A stretch of DNA of 64,000 nt from Callorhinchus milii (Eukaryota). How positions within the stretch are numbered: the first letter of the stretch is position 1; the number at the start of each line of letters is the position of its first letter. Position numbers and translations under genes: made by a program. Below the pieces are notes generated by a model, which was given only the letters and a program-made list of their open reading frames with translations, did not search any database and had not been told where the DNA came from. The stretch is taken from NCBI RefSeq assembly GCF_018977255.1, contig NW_024704742.1:95544001-95608000 (forward strand). Direction: 5' to 3'. This document shows positions 28,301-38,100 of this stretch, in pieces.

Positions 28301-31300
28301 TTTCCAATGATGGATACAAGGGGCTGAAGCCTGTAACACAAACGACCATGTATATTATTCATCATTTCATCTTACTCACACTTCAAATGGTCTGAATTTA
28401 CTTCCCCAGGAACAGAGGAAAGCGGAGTCTGAAATCAATGAGCTAAAACGCCAATATGATGCTGAAGTGAATGAGCTCCAGAAAACAGTAACCAAACTGA
28501 AGAAGGTGAGCACACTCCTCCAGCACTCAATGGGAGGAAACAACCCAGACTAGGCTCAGAGAGGAACCATGTATTAAAACTTAAACCAAGGTCCTGTTCA
28601 GGTGGAAGTCAAATGGCACTATTTGAAAAGAGCAGGGAATTTCCCCCAATGTCCATCTCTAGGTAAAATTTGGTCAGTCTCTTCATGGCTGGTTGTAGGA
28701 GACTGCTGTGAACAAAATAGCTCCTATAAATGCACTTTACAGTGAATCCTTGGAAGCATTTTGAGATGTGTGGATGGCGTGATAAGGCAGTACATTAATG
28801 CAAGGATTATTCAACTTGCGGCTTGTTTTTATTCAATAATATCCTGGTCAGTCTTGAAATAGGTCACTTCTTCTCTTACAGTTAGAAGAACAATATAGGA
28901 CACTTAGTCCAAAGGAGGACACCATTGCATTGAAAAGAAAAATGAATGACTTTACTATGGTAAGTAGGTTCATTGTAAGGCAGCACAACTCTCACTGTTT
29001 ATTCCTTTGTAAACTGGAGCACTGCTTAGCACCTCAAAAGTCAAATAAAAACATTAATGTTGGCAATTAATGTGGGATGTTCGTGACAATATTTGGAATG
29101 AAACCTCGTTGCACTGTTCTATAATCATTTACAAGGGGGACTGGATGTGGCACTGGGCTGGAGCAGTATATGCTCCATGCCACTGTCAGGGTGAAATCTT
29201 GGGCAAGTTTCCTTACTCCCGTGCCTAATAATAATCCCTCCAAAACAAAACAATAATAAATTGGTAATTTTCAATCCACGACTGTTTGTGGGACACTGCT
29301 GTGCGCATTTGGCTGCTGCGTTTTGCCCACAAATATACAGTCAATTCACTTTACAGTATAATCTGTGAAGTGCTTTGAGATGTCTAGAAGATGTGAAAAG
29401 CTCTCTATCAAATGCAAGGATTAATATTATTATTATCATCATCTCTGGAACATGCGTTTGATTCCAATCAGATGGATGGGTTGAAGCGTTCTCTGAGCAT
29501 GACTGTTGAGATCCCATGTGAAATGACTGTGCACATGCTTAAATAGTGGGGTTGTGCCCACAACACAAAATTGCTCCTACCGTTGCAATCTAATACCTGA
29601 AAATTTCTTGTGGTCTTGGTCTTAGTCTTAAGATTTTGTCCTTGAAAAACATGTAAGATCATGCAGATTTTTGGAAAACATTTAATTCAGTATTAAATCG
29701 ATGGAACTGACTTTCAGATCAAAGTAGAATTTAAGAATCATCAAGATTCAACAACAACAACAAAATTATATTTATAGAGCGTAATTTTGTTGTTGTTGAT
29801 GTTGAATCTGGATGTCCCAAGGCGCATGATACCTGTGGAATCTGAATTTTAAAACAATGTCTTTAATATGACCAGGAACGTGGCACTTCCAGGCCTCTGA
29901 CAAGGTTAAGGTTACAGGATAGCAGAAGCCTGAAAATATACCGCCCCTTATTATTATTATGATGATGTGAGGTACCATTTAAAAACTCACTATTAAGGAC
30001 AATCACCAAACCTTACTAGTAAGGTGCCGTTGTCATTGAGTTTGAGTATTTGATGATTGGAGGACTGTGACACTCAGATAACGATTGATTCCCTCCTGTT
30101 ATTAGGAAAACCAGACCCTCAAGAAAGAACTCCTTGAAGCACAAACTACAATCATGTTGCTTCAGAGCGAAGTGGACACCGTGAAAAGTGATTATGCGGA
30201 TCAGAGTATGAATTTAGAAAGGTAAAATAAACCCTTTCAGGAATAGAAATCGGCTTTCACTTAAAGAGCACTCATTGGAAATGAAAGATGTCAGTGGTGT
30301 CTAACTCACTTTGTTTGTACTTCCACTGCAGGGACCATGACATTATCAGAGACTACACAGATGACAGAGAAAGTTTAACCCGACAAATTGAGATGCTTCA
30401 GTGAGTGTTTCTTGTTATCTACGGACACACTACACACTCACTTTAGTTACACGTGTACTGGGGAAGTGTGACTGTGTGTGTGGGTGGGGGGTGTGGGGAG
30501 GGGAATAATTTTATATCATTTGGACTATGTTTTTGTTCCGATTGTGCTGCCTTATAAAGCCACTGTCTGTATCCAGAATTACTTTGCAAGCTGCTTCTGT
30601 CTTCATCAAATATTTGGACATTGTTGCCAAATTCATATCAAAATTATTGTTATGTCATGAAAGCATAATTGTTTTCGTTATGACAGAGATGAGCTGTGTG
30701 ATCTCTGACAGACATGAGCTAATTGTCACAATCTCTCTGGCTGGTTGCTAGCTACTGGAGTGTAGCACTTTCTGTTATTTCATTTTTTTGATATGAGTTA
30801 CTTTATAGTATTTCAAAGTAAAACCTCAAAACTTATTTTCCTGCAATATCTGATGGAAAATGCAAGACCTCCTTTCCCCCATCACTCCGCTATGGGCTCT
30901 CACACATTTCATTCGTCTCTCTCAAATGTTACTTGTGCACGTGTGTGACACAATATTGTATAAAAAGGAAATGGTATTTTCTTGTGATCCTTGGTGCTCA
31001 CCAACGCTCCTCGCCTTATCATCTTCCCTGTTTCACAGATCAGCCAACAGAAAGCTTCATGACAGTAATGATAGCCTGCGGGCTGTTCTGGAGAACAGTT
31101 TAAGCAGAAATAAGTCTCTGGTGAGTGTCTGACACAACATTAGACTGTTGACTTCTGACTGAGGTTGCCCTGGTTGAGAAGCACTGTCTACAGTTTCACC
31201 TGTGCTTTTATGTTTTGTATTAGTTCTATTTATTTACTGTATTTTGGAGGTTGTGTACCTCATTTTTTTCCACACATTCCCTTCAAGTCTTCCACCGTCA

Positions 31301-34300
31301 GTGTTCTCTGTCCCTCGGATGCCATTAATGTGCCAGGGTTTGGAACTAGTTTGAATCTGGTCTCTGAGTGTGAGGCACTGAGTGGAGTGAAGGGAGGAGG
31401 AGGGAGGAGAAGTGACTGACAGACTTGTGCACTGATTACACTTTGCGGCATTGAGGAATTTCACTTTTAAGTAAGATTACAGAACATTATCAAGAGGACG
31501 CTTTCATCCCATTGGGTTGGGTTGAATCTGAACCCATAACCCAGGAGTGAAAGTGATGTTTTTAACCCTCTTCCCCGGTTATTGTCTTTCTGAAGAAACC
31601 AGAAACACTTCTGTGACCAGACTAGAACACAGTGATTTCACAGGGAAACATTATTATTAATAATAATTGTAACCCTTGTATTTGATAGAGAGTCTTTTTA
31701 CGTCAAGAGGATGTCTTGAAGCACTTCACAGCATTTACTGTGAAGTGCAGTGACTGTGCATTTTCTAGGCATATTTTGTATAAAATAATAAAATCTTCTT
31801 CCAATGTTTCAGCGGGTAGCAACCTCCTCCCCAGGACATATCACGTTCAGAAGCACTCCAAAAATAAGTGGATGGCAGTCTCCACAGACTCCGTTATATG
31901 ACAGGTGAGTGTTAGGCAATGCTTTTCAATGCTGGATTTTCATTTGGGGTGGTCTGGGCTCGTTCCGTTTCAGAAGGAGAACATGTCTGATGATCTTTAC
32001 AAAGTAAAATATTGTTGCTCATGCTTATCACAGCAAAACAGCTGTGTTTTCTGAATGAGTCATTCACGTGGGCTGTAGAATAATATATTTCTATACATTA
32101 TTGCATGACTGTTGAGTACACTTATTGTTCATCAGACTGAATGCTTAACACTATGTTGCTATGATCCCACCCCCACCACCTCTCTTGTTGATCTCACCAT
32201 GCTGCCCATACCTTTCTGAGTTGAGTGGGTGAGCATAATTTCAAAAGGGTCCAAAACGCCATTAGCTTAGGACAGAATTCACGAATATTAAATCCTATAC
32301 TGTAACTATGCGAGCTCTGCTCCAACATGACCTACCTTCAGCTGAAGCAGAGCTACCATGGGTTGTCATTTTATTATTGGTCAGTCGGGTATCTGACACA
32401 TGTGGAAACCTATCACCAAATTAGACTGAGAGTTCCACATATGTATACCACCTACATGTAGAAATTTCCCTGTGTATGGAATGGAATGAGCACTCTTTCT
32501 GCAGTGATGCGCTCTGCTTACCTAATTCTGGAGAGTATTAGGCGCAGCTTTGTGAGAGCTGAGGCTTGAGGACCCCAGAGTGTCCACTGGGGTACTGCTG
32601 GAGTTTAACCAGCAAAAAGCAAGGCTGCATACTCAGAGTGACTCACTTCTGCTTACTGGCATAGGTGAACATTTATGGTTCCAGTATCTATCCAGTTGTT
32701 TTGCTCCAAAGAGTTTTGCAAATTCGATCTCACTGAAGAAAAGTGCTCAGGGTCAATATCTAAGCAACGTAGTTTGTTTAGTCGAGACAGTCTCAGCTTA
32801 TTTATGGAATGCACCCAAAAGCTGAAATAGCTTTATTGACCATTATTGATCGCCATTGCTTTCCTCACCAGGTCGTCCAGATCTTCCTACGTGGATGAAG
32901 ACCTGGAGTCTCTGGCTCTTTGTGACCCAATGCGCAGAATCAGCTGTGAAGTAGAAAGCCTGACTGAAAGCTGTTTTGACAGTGGATTGTCGACGCTGAG
33001 GGATTCAAATGAGTACGATTCCGAGGGTGATTTCAAGCATCAAAGGAATTTTCAAAGGTCACAGTGTGTGCAGGAAGGCTTCGAGGGTGACGCCTCTGAC
33101 ACAGATGTAAGCACCAATATAAACATCGCCACCAGTGGCGGCTTTAGCTGTGCTTTGAATGGCTTTGTTGATTTTGGTCAAAGGAGCCTTTTTCTTAACA
33201 GAGGAAAGACTGGACACCAGTGTGTGTTGAATCAGTGGCTGTCCATTCCTGCTGGTTTGGTGAGGTCATTGGCCTTGGCAGTGGCACTCGTCCCTCTCCT
33301 GTATTTTTATTCAGGTCAAGAATAATGAGCAGTGCAATCAAACTGGATCTGGGCTTCTTTACAGTGCAGGGATTTACACATCGAGTAATAGGGTGCAGCC
33401 TCTGCAGCTGTAGCTTTCTTCAAGAGCACTTTAACTAGGCCCTGAGTGTGAGGCACCTCACAGAAGGCAGAGTGGAGGGAGGAAGGCTTCAAACTGCTAG
33501 GTATAGTGACTCACAGAACGTGCACTTACTTAGTGGTATTGGGTAATTTCTCTTTCTTCCTCGCATGGAGGGAGGGAGAGAGAGCTGGGGAATGAGCCCC
33601 TCCAGTCTCCCTTGTGTAGTTCTTCTTAGCCAATTAAAGAACAGTGCCCTGAAAATCAAGTGAGTTTTTAAATTAATTCAAAGGCTCCTTTGCCCCAAAT
33701 CAAGAAAGCTGTTTCAAATGTAAGCACTCAGAGGCGTTACCCCGCATGAAGTGTGCTATACAAATTCAAGATGTTGTTGTTCTTATACAATCTATCATAT
33801 TTTTTCCGCTATTCCCTATGCCACATAGACCTTCCTAGGCCTTCCAGTAAAATCACACCACTCTGTATAAGAGTTATCACCCTCTCTCTTGAATTTGCAG
33901 ACACACCATGTCTCCATGGCTTCCCTGGGCAGATCATTCCTCGTGTTGACTGAGTTCTGTTTAAACTGGAACTCGAGACGTGGAATTGTATAACACCTCT
34001 GTGTTGGTTACAGTATATGCCTGTTCAGGTGGAATGTTAAATATCCCATGACACTATACAAAAAGAGAAGGGAGTGTCTCCCATTGTCCTGGTCAACAAT
34101 GCGCGAGATAAATTTGGTCATTAACTTCATAGCTATTTGTGGGACATTCCTATATACAAATTGGTTGATGTGTTTGCTTTCAAAATACTCAGATACTACA
34201 CTTCATAGCGTATCCTGTGAAGACATCCCTCCCAATAATAATAATAATCCTTGCAATTGATAAAGCACCTTATCAGGTCGTTGAGATGTCTCAAAGGATA

Positions 34301-35094
34301 TACTGTAAGGAGAATTGACAATACTTTGCCAGTGAAACAATGTGAATGATCCTGTATCAATAGCAAGAAGTTTTCTTATAATTGTTGTATTTGTCATTTG
34401 TTTGCAGGTCCCTGAAATTCCAGATGAAGGTTCTTTTGGCCACGACAGTGCAGACACAGTGTTGGAGTGGAAACCGTCCCAGCCAGTGAGCCGGAGTAGC
34501 TCTGGGGCCTCCTCATCACGACGCTGCATCTCTGCCTTTTCATCAAAGGTACAACAGTCTCTACATAAACAAATAACACATCTCTCCCTTGCCAATTCAT
34601 GACACAGATTCATTTACCAAATGTATTTCCAGTGTATTGATAGCTAATCTGCTCATGTCTAGGTGCTTGTTTACTGACTATTAAACAGCATCATTTTACT
34701 TCAGATTAATCTTATATTATAAAGTGCTTTGAGATTTTTTTTACATAGAAAGCACTATATCAATGTAAATTGTAAATATGGAAATTATCATAGTCCTAGG
34801 AGACGTTGAATTATCGGTGGTCCTATCCTTCAGCAGAGATTTTAAACTGAGTTGCCATCTGCCTGTTCAGGTGGATGTTAAAGATCCCATGGCACTGATT
34901 GAAAAGAGAAAAGAGTCTCTCCCAATGTCATGGCCAACAATCCCCCCAGATAGAATTGATTGTTTACTTCATAGCTATTTGTAGGACATTCATATCCCAA
35001 ATACAAAGTCTTACATTTGTTTATTGTAATTCCTGTGAGACACTTTCAACAGCGTGATAAGGTGCAAAATCTAATTCAGGGGTTGTTGTTGTTG

Positions 35095-35148
<54 letters not shown>

Positions 35149-38100
35149 TAATGCGGCTCCAGCTACCCAAGGCACCTTTTGAAACTGCTGAATCTTTTTT
35201 CAGTCTGACAGCACGGATGTGAACCCAAAATTCCCTCAGTCAAACAAAGCCTTCAAGATCGTGCTCGCTGGGGACGCAGCTGTAGGCAAATCCAGTTTTC
35301 TTCTGCGACTCTGTAAAAACGAGTTCCGAGGGAACACCAGCGCCACCTTAGGTTTGTTCTCTTCAATTCTATTCAATTCAACAATAACAAATTACCTGTG
35401 TGTAGCGCCCTTCATGTTGGAAAGACGTCCCAGGGCGCTGGACAGTCGGGGTTTTTTGGACCCGAGCTGGGAGTTGGGGTCAGGAAGGGTAGAGGGCAGC
35501 GGGGCTGGGGCTGGGAGGGTGACCGAAGACATGGTCGAATAGGAAGGTCTTTAGTTGGGACTTGAAGGAGACAAGAAAAAGGGTGATGCAGAGGGATTGC
35601 GGGATAGAGTTCCAGAGTGTGGGGGCAGATATGCTGAATGCTCAACTGCCAATGGTGGGGCGGAAAGGGCGGAGGACCTGAAGCAGGCTGGTGTCCAAAC
35701 TCAACATTCCCTCCTCCTCCTACATCTTCCTGTCTCTACTGCTTTCATTCTCTTCTTCTCTCTGCTTCCTCTCTCTCTCCCTTTCTCCCCGCTCTCTCTC
35801 TTCCCTCTCTCTATCTTCCCTTTTTCTTTTCTATCTCCCCTTTTCCTCTCTCTATCCCCCAGGATTATTTTCTATCTCTTCCTCCTCTTCTCTATTTCCT
35901 TCTTCCTCTGCCCACTCCCTCTCTTCCCATCCCTCTCTCTCTCTCTCCCTACCCCACTGCCCCCCCATCTCTTTCTTGCCTTCTCTCTTCCCCGCCTTCT
36001 CATTCTCTTCTCTGCCCTGTTTCTCTTCACCGCCCTTTCTTTCTATGTCTTTGCCATCCTTATTTCAGCTAACTTCCAGCCTTCAGACACCTGGATTCTA
36101 TCTGGATGTCTTGTCTGACTCCACAGGAGCAAACTGTATCCCTTGTTAGTCACTGTCAACTCATCATTTACAATCTCACACATGGAGCTCCTTCACTCCT
36201 CTGCTTTTCAATATTGTTTGGAGATGAAAGTGTCTGTGCAAACAAGTTTTGTTCCTGTTCTGGAGGTTATTCCTCAGTATGGACCTTTGAGGGCTGATAA
36301 ACTGCGCTCTCCTTTTTCTTTTCTCAGTCAATCACAAATGCAGTCCTACTGCTGCATTGTGATCAATAGCCTGCACCACAGAATATTATACAGTGTGATT
36401 TTATTATTGCAAACTCTGTTGTTTAAATCTTATTCTTAGGCTGCTTTTGTAACCTTGTTGAGTTCCCGCATTAAGAATCTATCTGAACCTTGGAATCAGA
36501 GCAGAGCTTTTGAAAAACTTGTTGAGGAATCTCGATTCAGAGACAGGTCTGCAGTTATACTGTGGAGTATTTGATTAAAATACACATAATATTTAGAAAG
36601 ATTGTTAGAAAATAAATTCCATTAATATAAAATAATCCCAAAGCACTATTACAAAAAGAGGAGTTTCTCCTGGAGTCCTGACCAACAATCCTCCAGGTTA
36701 AGATAGTCTTGCACTTCATGGCTATTGTTAGCAAATTGGCTGCCACGTTCACTTACACAATATACAGTCACTGTACATGAAATGCTATTATAGGCTTTGA
36801 GATGCAATCCCAATGTGAAAAGTGCTATATCAAATGTAAGCTCTTTTTTAAAAATATTTTGCTTTTAATTGCAGGAGTAGATTTCCAAATGAAGAGCTTG
36901 ATTGTTGATGGAGAGCAAACAGTGCTGCAGCTGTGGGACACTGCAGGCCAGGAAAGGTAAATCAGTGTGGCCTTTGAGGGGCAAGGGAATACAGGAGAGG
37001 GATTTAGGAGAGGGTTAGGAGGGGTGGACCTTCTTGTAAAGTATAAACACCTTGCAAACAAGTTCAGCTCAATGCCCTGAATCTGTATGAGACTATATAA
37101 TTCTATGAAAATTCTCTTTATTCTAAGATACAATTGGTCATTCACTTCATGGAGTCCTGTAGCTCTGTGGTTAGAGCGCTCGCCTTGCAAGCGAGAGACC
37201 TGGGTTTGACTCCCGGCAGGGCAAAACATTGTAGAAGTTTCTTATTCCACACACCTCTGTTTACCTAGCAGTAGGTAGGAACCTGGTTGTTCGTTGATTG
37301 ACAGATCGCTTTTCTGGGGGTAATAAAACCTTCCAAATAAATAAAATTTATAAAATAATAATGATTTAGGCATTCAATCCACAACTGTTTGTGGGACACT
37401 GCTGTGCACAATTGGAATTTTTGGTCTAGGGAGAACTCACACAGAAAGGTTCAGCCAGAGCGAGAGATAGAGGCAACCACCATTGATGCCTTTGCCCAAT
37501 TCTTATTGTGTTGTCCTGCGATGGAAATCCTCACCCAGGCTTAGATTTCTGGGAACCTGCCTGAAGTTTTGTCGGCAATGTTTCCTCAGAGTGACTTGAG
37601 ACCCTGCTTCTCTTCTGGGAGTGAATTAGTTCGCTTACCACATAAATGTTGGAGGGATGAAAGTGGATCAGTTCTCAGTGAAACCCTGTTTGTATTTTAG
37701 GTTCCGGAGTATTGCCAAGTCCTACTTCAGGCGTGCGGATGGTGTTTTATTGCTGTACGACGTCACCTGTGAGAAAAGCTTCCTTAACGTTCGAGAATGG
37801 GTGGATATGATTGAGGTGAGCGCCCCTGCCTGGAGATTAAAAATAGATGGAAAATTGTCGGTGTGTTTGGAAGGGGGGGGAACAACTGCCTCCAACGCAC
37901 TACAGTCAAAACACTTCACAATAAAATCTTGTCAAGCGCTTTGAGATATCATTCCATGTCAAAGACACTGCATCGAATGCAGGGATTATTATTAAATATT
38001 ATTATCCGCATTTTTTTCTTGTTGGATTGAAAGGACTCAACTCATGAAAACATCCCTATCATGTTGGTTGGGAATAAGGTGGACCTGCGGGAACGAGCGA

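Noticed and set aside
35555..36149. Leu/Phe/Ser-rich ORFs resembling membrane proteins
   Set aside because: They are translations of the CT-rich low-complexity tract.
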